Of a DNA stretch of 64,000 bases, positions 40,452 to 52,200 are shown one piece after another. The notes beneath the pieces are model-generated. The model saw only the letters and a program-made list of their open reading frames with translations. It ran no database searches and was not told the origin of the DNA. Positions within the stretch are counted from its first letter, which is position 1, and each line of letters opens with the position of its first letter. The position numbers were made by a program, and so were the translations under genes. This stretch comes from Macrostomum lignano (lineage: Eukaryota): the NCBI GenBank assembly GCA_002269645.1, contig NIVC01002461.1, forward strand, positions 48,384 to 112,383, in the 5' to 3' direction.

Positions 40452-42658
40452 TTGGGCTGACGTCTACTGACCGTATGACACAGCAACACCTCACTGTCCG
40501 ACACCTCAAGGTCACGACGTCTTTCGACAATCCTCCTTGCCGTCGGTGATATGCGCCGCAAATGCTCTTCGGTTATCTCTCCGTCGCCGTGAGCCAGCAG
40601 CTCCATCGCCTGACGAATGTCGCTGTCCATCTTCTGGCTCTCTCTGATCTCCTCCGAGGTCCACTTCTGCAATCCCAACGCGTTCACGCCGATCTGCTCT
40701 TGTGCACATCCAGGACAACTCTCGCTTCCTTGATGGCGCCGACGTGGCTTCCTGGAGAGAGCGTCCGCGTGTTGATGTTTCACTCCCGGACGATGTTCGA
40801 TGCGATACCTGTACGGAGCCAAGAGTTCCAGCCATCTGGCCAGTTGTCCTTCTACGTCCCGCAGCGAATGCAGCCACTTCAAGCTGCTGTGATCGGTGCG
40901 CACTAGAAACTCTCGCCCCATCAGGTAATAACGAAACTTCTGTACGAAAAACACCACGGCCAGCAACTCGACTCGTGTCGTGCAGTAATTCCGTTCTTCT
41001 CGCGACAACGTCCTGCTTCCGTAAGCTATTACCTTCTCACTCCCATCTTTCTGCACCTGCGAAAGCACAGCGCCAATTCCTTCTTTTGTGCTACCGTCTG
41101 TGTCTAAAACGAATTCTCCAGCGTCCTCCGCAAAGTTTGGAAACGCCATGACCTCAGATCCCTGCAACCTTTCCTTCAGGGCCTCGAATGCGGCTTGACA
41201 CTCCTCATCCCAGCTCCACGGGCAATCATGTCGGGTCCGTCGCAGCATCGGCTCAGCAATGCGGGAAAAATCTGCGATGAATTGCCGGTAATACCCGCAC
41301 AGTCCCAGGAATGACCTTACTTCCTTCACATTCTTCGGAGTTGGCCAGTCACGAATTTCGGCAATCTTTTCTGGACTCGTGGCGATCCCATCAGCTGACA
41401 CTACGTGTCCCAGGAAGGTCACTGACTTCAGCAGGAATGCGCACTTCTTCGGCTTCAGTTTGATGTTCGCTGCTCGCAACCGTCGAAAAACCGTTTGCAA
41501 CCGTTCCAGGTGCTCCTCCACCGTTCTTGACCACACTAGCAGGTCGTCCAGATACACCAAACACGTCTTCCAGCACAACTTCCCCAACACCACATTCATT
41601 AGCCGGCTGAATGAAGCCGGTGCATTTGTCAATCCAAATGGCATAACGTTCCAGGCGTACTGCTGTACCCGGTGTGAAACGCCAAAGGCCGTCTTCAGTC
41701 TGTCGCTGGGTTCCACCGCCATCTGCCAGTATCCCGACTGCATGTCCATGGTCGAAAAAATCTTGGCATCGCCTAGGCTCTCCAACAGGTCATCTGTCCT
41801 GGGCAACGGCACTGCATCCTTCTTGGTCACTTCATTCAGTTTCCGGTAGTCACAACAGAACCTCAGGGAACCGTCCTTCTTTTTCACGCACACCACCGGA
41901 GAGCACCATGGGGACTGAACCTCGCTGATTCTCCCAGCTTCCAGCAAGTCATCCAACTCCTTGTCCACTTCCTGCCGCAGGTACGGGGGAATCCGCCTCG
42001 CCGCTTCTTTCACAGGCCTGGCATCTCCAGTGTCGATCTCGTGCTTCATCACCGTCGTACAGCCGAGATCCTTGGAGTCCTTAGCAAAGACAGCCCGATG
42101 TTGGGAAATCAGCTCCCTGAAGTCGGCTTCCTCCTCCTCCGACAGGCCACATGAACCCCACTCGCGGAATTCTTCGATCGGGTCCCATGCCTCCGCTTCA
42201 TTCTTGGCCTCTACGTCGTCGTCCAAGCGCACCACGTTGATACCTCCGTTCGGTTCCAAAGGAATAAACCAGCCAATCGTCTCTCCTTTCTTGACCCTCT
42301 TCCTACAACTGGACGTATTCAGCAATCTCATCGGCAGCCGTCCATCCACACCGGGCGCTACCAGAGCTCGAGCCATCGCCAAATCCTTCTCAGCGGCCTT
42401 CACCGGCTTTTCTTCCGTTATGCCGACCGATCCGCAGTTTCTTGCGCCCTTTTTCTCTACCCTGGCTGGCATGACCACTTCTTGCGCCGGTTCCAGAAAT
42501 ACCGTTGTCTCGGCTTTGATTCGACACACCACGGGCAGCTCGCCTTTCTGCCGTATCGGAACTCTAACATCGCCCACTCGAAAGACAAACTCCGAATAGT
42601 TGATGACGCAACGATGAACGATGCTGTTTGAAAAATTCGGACCCGAGAATGACATCAT
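40427..42658 (-). pseudogene. Reverse transcriptase and RNase H region of pol
   Basis: SPWCSPVVCVKKKDGSLRFCCDYRKLN, MPFGL, LVYLDD, and RNase H DGS..GIGAV, ELLAVV, RTDH. Confidence 0.93.
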
Positions 42659-43175
42659 AACGCAATCCGTCCACTACGAAGAAATTCGCTGACCACCGCT
42701 CGCCGCCAATCTCCACGTCCAGCACAATGCAGCCTCTCATCCTCATCGCACCTCCATTGGCCGTTGAAAGGGAACCGTCCATTGCAGTCAGTCTCTCCCT
42801 CACCTCTTGCGGCAGCCTCAGGAAAACATCACAGCTCAGCACTGACACACTCGCACCACTGTCTAACAGCAGAGCCACTGGCTTGCCGGAAACCGCACCG
42901 GAAATAAAAACTGTCAGAGGCTCCGTTGATACCGACGAACACGCCTCATGAACCAGGTTGCTCTTTGAATTCCCATCACCAGAGACGCACTTGGATTTAT
43001 TTACAGAGTTAGTGAGCAACACCGGTTCCTCGCCCTGGGAGACTTCACTTCCTGGCAGGGTCCCGACTCTCCCCGGTCGGTCCCCTCGGCCCGTTTCCCG
43101 ACTTCGGACACTTGAAGGATAGGTGGCCTTCACCGTTGCACTTGTGACATCGTACTGGCGATTTCCCGTTTCCAC
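42564..43175 (-). pseudogene. Aspartic protease region of pol
   Basis: LLDSGASVS and DVILGSEF. Out of frame with RT because of a 7-bp duplication at 42610-42623. Confidence 0.9.
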
Positions 43176-44100
43176 TTGTCTGGCTGGTTTTCTTGGGACA
43201 CTTTGATGAGATATGGCCCCACTCTCGACACGAAAAACACTGCACAGCCTTCCGACTCGCCGGGGTCGGCTCTTCCGCTTCTCCAGACCTCCGCTCCTCC
43301 ATCTCTTTCATTCGCATCTCCATGGCCGCAAGCTGTTTTCGAAGCATCTCGACCTCACTGCTTTCGGAAGCCTCATTTCTAGTCTCAGCTGTGACAGCAC
43401 AGACGGTAGCTCTTTTTGATCCCTGACCTGGTGGACCGTGACTTGCCCTAACCGCCGCTTCCAGCTGATGCACTAGACGCATCGCGTCTGCTAAGGTCTC
43501 CGGCTGGCTCATGTACAATCGCTCCCGCACAGCCACCCCCGCACGGACGCCTCGCATAAATCGCTCTTTCGCAAGATCATCGCGCACATCGGCAGGCGCA
43601 TCAGGAAAGGCGTTTGCGACCAACTCAATCACAGCTTCAGAGAAATCTTCTACCGACTCCTTCTCGCTCTGCTCTCTATTGCTCAGTTCTGTGCGGTAGT
43701 CGACGACGGTACGGTGCATAGTGAACCTATCCCTCAAGGCCTGGGTAAATTCTTCGAACTGCAAGTCGTCCCCAAGGTTCATGTTGTCGACAACTTGGAA
43801 TGTGCTGAAGTCTAGATTGCTGAGCAACTGAGCGCGCCGATTCTGCATCGGAATCTGCATGGCATCGCAATAAGCTACGAAGAGCCTCAACCACTTCACG
43901 AAATTCATTCCTGGAGCATACTTCACCGGCCTCTGAATCCTGAGAGCCCCCGCTTGCTGCATGTTCTGCTGAATCTGGGCAGTCAAAGCGGCGACCAGAT
44001 CATTAACACCAAAGGCTCCAGCAGCACCTCCAGCAGCACCTCCAGCCGCACCCCCAGCCGCACCTCCAGCAGCACCTCCAGCAGCACCTCCAGCATCCAT
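43045..44100 (-). CDS. Gag, 351 aa, two CCHC zinc knuckles
   Basis: CFSCREWGHISSKC and CHKCNGEGHLSFKC; (GGAA)n N-terminus. Confidence 0.93.
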   Translation of the reverse strand: MDAGGAAGGAAGGAAGGAAGGAAGGAAGAFGVNDLVAALTAQIQQNMQQAGALRIQRPVKYAPGMNFVKWLRLFVAYCDAMQIPMQNRRAQLLSNLDFSTFQVVDNMNLGDDLQFEEFTQALRDRFTMHRTVVDYRTELSNREQSEKESVEDFSEAVIELVANAFPDAPADVRDDLAKERFMRGVRAGVAVRERLYMSQPETLADAMRLVHQLEAAVRASHGPPGQGSKRATVCAVTAETRNEASESSEVEMLRKQLAAMEMRMKEMEERRSGEAEEPTPASRKAVQCFSCREWGHISSKCPKKTSQTSGNGKSPVRCHKCNGEGHLSFKCPKSGNGPRGPTGESRDPARK

Positions 44101-44190
44101 ACCACGGCGTCACAGTTTCTAACCTTAATTTCTCACAATATTCCGCGCCTCGAGCTTTGTTCCTTGCTTAGTCTTCCACAGCGCAGGGTC

Positions 44191-44205
44191 CCACCAAGGA
44201 TGCCA
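44191..44205 (-). other. Putative primer-binding site
   Basis: TGGCATCCTTGGTGG begins 3 nt downstream of the 5' LTR. Cognate tRNA not identified. Confidence 0.7.
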
Positions 44206-44208
44206 ATT

Positions 44209-45044
44209 TGTGATGATGGGGCGCAAGGGCTCGGTCCTTTCGTGCCCCTTTCCCAGACCCGGGTTCGTGTACTGACCCTGGCTGCGGTCCTCCACTGACA
44301 CGCGTACGACGCGGTGTCCGTCGGGACTAGGCTGCTCGAGCGTACGACGCACGACAGCCTACAGACTCGCGTACGACGCAGAGCTGCTTGGGGTGGGACC
44401 GGCGTACGACGCACTTAATCCCTCTAAGGTGCCTAGTACAGATGCAGACCCAAATGACGTGCAAATTGGAAGGCTTACCAGCCGCGATTTCAGTCGTACA
44501 AGAAACAGCGCCGTCAGAGCAGTGGTGATCTCGATATTCTTTACTTATATATTTGTCTAGCAATTCTGCGAGGAATAGCAATTCAGCAACCAACGCTGGC
44601 ACAATCGCCGAGGAGCCACGACGACGACGAGAATGGGGTCTCAAGGGGGCCGAATAAATAGGCAGCAAACTGGGGGTTGAGGGCGCGGGATAAAGGCAGA
44701 AAAGGGGGCTTAGACATCAGCCAAGGCAACGCATGAGCTGTACCAGCCAATCGCCGGGGCGCAGCACGGCAGACTGGGACTGGCAGCCAATCACAAACAG
44801 GGGCGGGGCAGCAAAGCTAACAAAATAATGGGGCGGGGTCGCACAGGGGGGGGGGGTCGCACGCAGAGCATGGGGGGTTGACTCAACAGAAAAGGTCTAG
44901 GCAGGGAGGGGAGGGGTACGCACGCGCAGAAGTGCAGGTGAGTGAGTCAGAAAATATCTAAGGAGGGGGGAGGGGGAGAGGACGGCCCACTGGCCCGGTG
45001 CAGCAACTAAGCAAAGAGCACATTGTCATAACACATTCATGGCA
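44209..45044 (-). repeat. 5' LTR (836 bp)
   Basis: Direct repeat of 36405-37237. Confidence 0.96.
44640..44840 (-). promoter_or_regulatory. Putative U3 promoter of the 5' LTR
   Basis: Two CCAAT boxes (44747, 44787), GGGGCGGGG boxes (from 44800) and an AT-rich tatttat on the - strand about 90 bp further on. Confidence 0.4.
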
Positions 45045-45660
45045 CTAGGAGTAGATAGCTCGGTTGCTAGGGATAGATAGCTCGGTTGCTAGGGCTGGAT
45101 AGCTCGGTTGCTGGGGTGGATAGCTCGGTTGCTGGGGTGGATAGCTTGGTTGCTAGGGTTACTAGCTCGGTTGCTAGGGATAAATAGCTCGGTTGCTAGG
45201 GCTGGATAGCTCCGATGCTGGGGTAGATGGCTTGGTTGCTAGGGTTACTAGCTTGGTTGCTAGGAGTAGATAACTCGGTTGCTAGGGATAAATAGCTCGG
45301 TTGCTAGGGCTGCATAGCTCGGTTGCTGGGGTGGATAGCTCGGTTGCTGGGGTGGATAGCTTGGTTGCTAGGGTTACTAGCTCGGTTGCTAGGGTTACTA
45401 GCTCGGTTGCTAGGAGTAGATAACTCGGTTGCTAGGGCTAGATAGCTCGGTTGCTAGGGTTAATAGCTCGTTTGCTAGGGATAGATAGCTCGTTTGCTAG
45501 GGATAGATAGCTCGGTTGCTAGGGCTAGCTCGGTTGCTAGGGATAGATACGAGCTAGCTTGGTTAGGGTGCTTGGTTGCTAAGGCTAGAGATAGCTGGGT
45601 TGATAGGGGAAGATAGCTCGGTTGCTAAGGATAGATAGCTTAGATTGCTGGGTTGGCTGC
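45045..45660. repeat. tagctcggttgctaggg minisatellite, right part
   Basis: Continuation of the 36270 array. Confidence 0.92.
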
Positions 45661-46279
45661 AAGAGCTTAAAGTAGTCAGTAGCTTATAGTACACCTTTTC
45701 CCAAGAAACAAGGCCCCGTCTACTTAAGCGGTCATTGGTGCACCAGCGTACAGCTAATAGAAAAGTGGCTGCTTTTAGTCAAGGCAGAAATAGCCCTTTT
45801 TGTGATCTGACCATGGAAAAGCATTTTGTTTTTAACTTTCTCGCCTTTCAGAATTCCCTTTGAAATGCTTTCTGCACAATCAGATTAGAAGTACAATCGA
45901 TGAGAACAGGAGGCTTGGGTGTTGGCTGGCCTTGGGGTTAAATATCTCAACAGAATGGCGAAGCAACTTGACAGTTCTCAACCCAGCCAATTTTCTATTT
46001 GGGAACGTGCTAATTCACCTGCGTGCACCGCCAACTTTAATAATTCCAACACAAAAAGACTCCACAAGCCACAGCCAATTGCAAAGATTGGGCTTAGGCA
46101 ATTATCTCGGCCAGCCTAGCCAGGTAATTGCTGTTTTCTGAGTCAACAAAGCTTTATTGCGAAGCAGGTGCAGTGGCGGCTAGTCTGTCTGCCCTGGGTT
46201 GGCTATTCAATGAAGCTCGTATATATACCTCTAAAGACGTCGAATTAGCAAAGCTTATAATATCGCATTGAAAAATCCC

Positions 46280-48005
46280 AAATCCCAAATCCCATCTGAT
46301 CCTAGAGCTCAATATCCCAAATCCTATCTATCATAGGGATCAATAATCCCATATCACATCTGACTCTAGAGAGCTCAATAATCCCAAATCCCATATGATC
46401 ATAGGAATCAATAATCCCAAATCCCATATGATCATAGGAATCAATAATCCCAAATCCCATCTGATCATAGGAATCAATAATCCCAAATCCCATCTGATCA
46501 TAGGAATCAATAATCCCAAATCCCATCTGATCATAGGAATCAATAATCCCAAATCCCATCTGATCATAGGAATCAATAATCCCAAATCCCATCTGATCAT
46601 AGGAATCAATAATCCCAAATCCCATATGATCATAGGAATCAATAATCCCAAATCCCCTCTGATCATAGGAATCAATAATCCCAAATCCCATCTGATCATA
46701 GGAATCAATAATCCCAAATCCCATCTGATCATAGGAATCAATAATCCCAAATCCCATCTGATCATAGGAATCAATAATCCCAAATCCCATCTGATCATAG
46801 GAATCAATAATCCCAAATCCCATCTGATCATAGGAATCAATAATCCCAAATCCCATCTGATCATAGGAATCAATAATCCCAAATCCCATCTGATCATAGG
46901 AATCAATAATCCCAAATCCCATCTGATCATAGGAATCAATAATCCCAAATCCCATCTGATCATAGGAATCAATAATCCCAAATCCCATATGATCATAGGA
47001 ATCAATAATCCCAAATCCCATCTGATCATAGGAATCAATAATCCCAAATCCCATCTGATCATAGGAATCAATAATCCCAAATCCCATCTGATCATAGGAA
47101 TCAATAATCCCAAATCCCATCTGATCATAGGAATCAATAATCCCAAATCCCATCTGATCATAGGAATCAATAATCCCAAATCCCATATGATCATAGGAAT
47201 CAATAATCCCAAATCCCATATGATCATAGGAATCAATAATCCCAAATCCCATCTGATCATAGGAATCAATAATCCCAAATCCCATCTGATCATAGGAATC
47301 AATAATCCTAAATCCCATATGATCATAGGAATCAATAATCCTAAATCCCATATGATCATAGGAATCAATAATCCCAAATCCCATATGATCATAGGAATCA
47401 ATAATCCCAAATCCCATATGATCATAGGAATCAATAATCCCAAATCCCATATGATCATAGGTATCAATAATCTCAAATCCCATCTGATCATAGGAATCAA
47501 TAATCCCAAATCCCATATGATCATAGGAATCAATAATCCCAAATCCCATATGATCATAGGAATCAATAATCCCAAATCCCATATGATCATAGGAATCAAT
47601 AATCCCAAATCCCATATGATCATAGGAATCAATAATCCCAAATCCCATATGATCATAGGGATCAATAATCCTAAATCCCATATGATCCTAGAGCTTAATA
47701 ATCCTAAATCCCATATGATCCTAGAGCTCAATAATCCCAAATCCCATATGATCCTAGAGCTCAATAATCCTAAATCCCATATGATCCTAGAGCTCAATAA
47801 TCCTAAATCCCATTTGATCCTAGAGCTTAATAATCCTAAATCCCATATGATCCTAGAGCTCAATAATCCCAAATCCCATATGATCCTAGAGCTCAATAAT
47901 CCTAAATCCCATATGATCCTAGAGCTCAATAATCCCAAATCACATGATTATAGGGATAAATAATCCCAAATCCCATATGATCCTATAGCTCAAAATCCCA
48001 AATTC
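46280..48005. repeat. 33-bp minisatellite, about 50 highly homogeneous copies
   Basis: Unit atcataggaatcaataatcccaaatcccat(a/c)tg. It accounts for three 459-532 aa spurious ORFs. Confidence 0.97.
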
Positions 48006-48454
48006 AATTAAAGCTGAAAAAATGGAAGCAAAAATGGAAGCTGAACTCTAGCAAAGTAGCCATTGTCAACAAGAACCAGACACAGACGGTTTTACTGAAC
48101 TAAAACAGACACACCAGCACAAAACTCTTTATTTTTTGCGATTGCACTCTGCTAAATAACTCACTCCTGTAAGATAATCAGTAGAACTATTTTATACGAC
48201 AAAGGGAAATTAGACAATGAACAGGACAAACAGCCGAGGTTATGGGTAGGGTTAAACAAGATTAAAGCTGTGTTCAAACAAAATAACAATTAAATGATAC
48301 AGAAATAATGTATAAATACTCGTAACATCGAAAAATTATTAATTAAGGCTAAATATCAGACTTGAAGCAAGCAGATTTTATTAAGCCTATAGGCCTAATA
48401 ATAAAGCCTAAGCCTATTCGATATATATATATCGAATGAAGTATCAGTTTGTGA

Positions 48455-48770
48455 GATGGATAGCTCGCCTGCTAGGGCTAGCTTGGTTGCTAGGGCTAGC
48501 TTGGTTGCTAGGGCTAGCTTGGTTGCTAGGGCTAGCTTGGTTGCTAGGGCTAGCTTGGTTGCTAGGGCTAGCTTGGTTGCTAGGGCTAGCTTGGTTGCTA
48601 GGGCTAGCTTGGTTGCTAGGGCTAGCTTGGTTGCTAGGGCTAGCTTGGTTGCTAGGGCTAGCTTGGTTGCTAAGGTTAGCTCGGTTGTTAAGGCTATCTT
48701 GGTTGCTAGGGCCAGATAGGTTGCTAAAGCTAGCTTGGTTGCTATGGCAGATAGTTCTGTTGCTAAGGTG
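48455..48770. repeat. 18-bp minisatellite (ttggttgctagggctagc), same family as the LTR-host array
   Basis: Direct reading. Confidence 0.93.
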
Positions 48771-49284
48771 TCAGCATTAGCTTTGAATTTTTTATTACGA
48801 CAGAACAATTCTCCAATAGTTTCTATTACATGTAGATAGAGTTCCACTGTTACGCAAACACTTAATGTAGTTAATAATTAAAACAAAACTAAACTGCCTT
48901 TTGGCACTTTAAAAGCAATAAAAAGTACTAATTAAAAGCAGATATTTTGTACGGTACATTAATAATCTATATTTAATCAAGCGGGAATTAGGATTCAAGA
49001 AATACGCAAAACTCTCAAGATAATATTTAAACAAAAAATGCCAATATTAAAAAGCAGACAATAACACTTTCCCAGTCCATTTCCCATTTAAACATACTAA
49101 TGAGAAAAAACTACTAACAGTAGGCAAAATGAACAAGGCACCACAAATTTGACAATAGATGACATTATACAGTACATCATATATTTTTATTAATTAAAAC
49201 AAAACACAACAATCTCTTATTGGTTATCATGTGTCTTTGGAATTCACATAGGAATGTCACAAACATACGAATAAAAGTGAATTT

Positions 49285-52200
49285 TCACGTAACTTTCCAA
49301 TGCTCCAACGGCAGAGACTCCAGACGCCTGAACGTGGCGCGAATTCGCAGCAGAACCACAATGCCCAGGATGAAGCACAGGCCAGACTGGATGTAGTACC
49401 CATCCACTAGGGTGATGCAGGACGACTCAGACTCCAGGTTTGGGGTGCTGCACGACTTGATTGATATGTAATCAACCACGAATAGCAGGAAAGTGACTGG
49501 AGCGCTGCCGGCTGAGGGGAAATATTTATTAACAATAGTTTTGTATATGCATAAAGCTTAAGCATTATTGTTCAAGAAATGTCTTATAAGGAAAAATAAG
49601 AAATAGAAAAGACTTCTGCTTAGATGAATTTTTGCTAAGGGAGGGATAATCAGTAGGTGGACAACTCGGTTGCTAGGGATAGATTGATCGGTTACTGGGG
49701 CAAATAGTTGGATTGCTATGGATAGATATCTCGGTTGCTAGGGGGAGATACCACGGTTGCTAAGGGTAGATAACTTAATTGCTAGGCTTAGATAGTTCGG
49801 TAATTCGGTTGCTATGGGGTAGATACGAGCGTAAGCTTGGTTGCTAGGGCAAACAGTTGGGTTGGGTTGCTATAAAATTGGTATATCTATGGCTAGACAG
49901 CTCGGTTGGTAGGGGTAGATAGCTCGGTTGCTATGGATATATAGCTCGGTTGCTATGGATATATAGCTCGGTTGCTATGGATATATAGCTCGGTTGCTAT
50001 GGATATATAGCTCGGTTGCTATGGATATATAGCTCGGTTGCTATGGATATATAGCTCGGTTGCTATGGATATATAGCTCGGTTGCTATGGATATATAGCT
50101 CGGTTGCTATGGATATATAGCTCGGTTGCTATGGATATATAGCTCGGTTGCTATGGATATATAGCTCGGTTGCTATGGATATATAGCTCGGTTGCTAGGG
50201 TAGATAGCTATAGGTTGCTAGGGTTAGATAACTCGGTTGCTAGGGTTAGATAACTCGGTTGCTAGGGTTAGATAACTCGGTTGCTAGGAGTGGATAGCTC
50301 GGTTGCTAAGGCTAGATAGCTTAGGTAAGTGGGTTGGCTAAAATTGGTATATCTATAAATTTAGAACTCAAGAAGATTCCAATAAAATCAGAATCCAACA
50401 TTCGACAGTCTCACCTAGATTAGTAACGGTATTAAGCAGAGTCATATAAGTGCCGCCAACATTCGGATCGGACACTTTAGCGTGGAAAGCCATCTGAGAC
50501 ACGAACATGGCGTACATGAACACCTGATGGGCCAGATAGGCAACGGTCACTAGCAGGAAATAGTGCCAAGGATAGCTGGCATCGTGGGCAGATTTAAACC
50601 GAGGCGTTATCCAAACTAAGCCGGCAAACAGCAGGCCCAACAGCAGCCTGGGCAGGGCGCTCTTTGTGTACAAAGACAATGGCCGATTGCCAACGTGTCT
50701 ACTTAGCAGCACAGGCAGAACCAGTTGAAACGGCGTGACAACAACGCCTAAAAGTGCCAGACGTTCTTTCGGCACACCGGCTTCGATGAGTTTCAATCCG
50801 GTCATGCCGTCGGCGGCAGCGAAAGCCGATTTCAACAGGCACAGGCAGAACAGGTACAGCAGGACTGGCCGCAGGCGCATGACCTTGGCTAAGATGGCAT
50901 AGGTCTCCCTAACACCGAGATTGTCGTTATCAACTTCCGAGCTGCTGTTGCTGTTGCTAGTTGACTCTTCCCGACGGAATAGCAGGCAAAATGTGGTGCC
51001 AAGGAACACTAGGCCCCAGAAACGGAGGAAACCCGACAGGCTCACCTGCGTGTGTGCAGTTTGGAGTCATACCGATATTTTATAGTTGGTATAAGCCGCT
51101 TTTAGCTACGAGACTCTTAGAATGACTGTCTTGTATGAGCATCCTACAATGACCATTTTGTATGAGTCTTTTACAATGAGCGTCATGCATGATCCTCTTA
51201 CAATGACCGATTTGCATGAGCTCCTTGCAATGACCATTTTATACGAGCCTCTTAGAATGACGGTTTTACATGAGCTTTAGACAATGACCGTTTTATATGA
51301 GTCTTTTACAATGACCGACATGCACGATCCTCTTAGCTCATACAAAGATTTTTTTCTATGAGCTTCCTTAAATGACCGTTTTATATGAGACTCTTGCAAT
51401 AACCGTTTTGCATGAGCTCCTGGCAATGACCCTTTTACATGAGCCTTTTACAATGACCGTCATGCATGATCCTCTCAGCTCATACAATGATTTTTTTCTA
51501 TGAGCTTCCTTAAATGACCGTTTTATATGAGCCTCTTACAATAACCGTTTTGCATGAGCTCCTGGCAATGACCCTTTTACATGAGCCTTTTACAATGACC
51601 GTCATGCATAATCCTCTTAGCTCATACAATGATTTTTTTCTATGAGCTTCCTTAAATGACCGTTTTATATGAGACTCTTGCAATAACCGTTTTGCATGAG
51701 CTCCTGGCAATGACCCTTTTACAATGACCGTCATGCATGATCCTCTTAGCTCGTAAGTCGTAAATGACCTTTTTATATGATTCTCTGACAATGACGCTTC
51801 TTATGAAGAAATGAGCCTTTTTTAGAAATGACTGTTTTGTATGAGCCAGTTGCAATGAAAATTTTGCACCTTTTCAATGAGTCTATTAAAAAAAAGCGAT
51901 GACTCACCAGACCGACAGGCTCAGGTCTGCTCCGCAACCAGGTGTTGCAAAAGTCGGCCGACTCCAACGCCAGGAACAGCACGTAGGCAATAAAATAGCC
52001 GGCAGTCTGACCAACCGAGTTGCAACCGGATGCCCAAGCAACATTGCGCCTGCTCAGCATAGTCAGAGCCCAACCGTCAACAGCAATGTCCTGCGTTGCG
52101 GCCAAGAATGTTAGGGAGAAAAATCCCGCCGCCAGAGGCACAACTCGAACCGGCCCGGGCGGGTTCTCGCCCAACAGCCAGTCCGTGTAGCTGGCCAATG

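Larger units (their letters stand above)
36405..45044 (-). mobile_element. Full-length Ty3/Gypsy LTR retrotransposon with an extra J-domain/chromodomain ORF
   Basis: LTRs at 44209-45044 and 36405-37237 with TG..CA ends, 4-bp TSD CTAG (36401-36404 and 45045-45048), PBS, PPT, and gag-PR-RT-RNaseH-IN order. Confidence 0.97.

Noticed and set aside
43093-43099. GGGAAAC slippery heptamer at the end of gag as a working -1 frameshift site
   Set aside because: It is correctly phased in gag, but the -1 frame stops after about 30 codons and the protease lies in the +1 frame. It could only work if a further 1-nt deletion has occurred, which cannot be resolved from this copy.
38824-43699. Antisense and overlapping ORFs across gag-pol
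   Set aside because: Expected shadows of GC-rich coding sequence; no motifs.
46302-47963. Three 459-532 aa repetitive ORFs
   Set aside because: Products of a 33-bp tandem unit (a multiple of 3) that is open in several frames on both strands; no unique domain.
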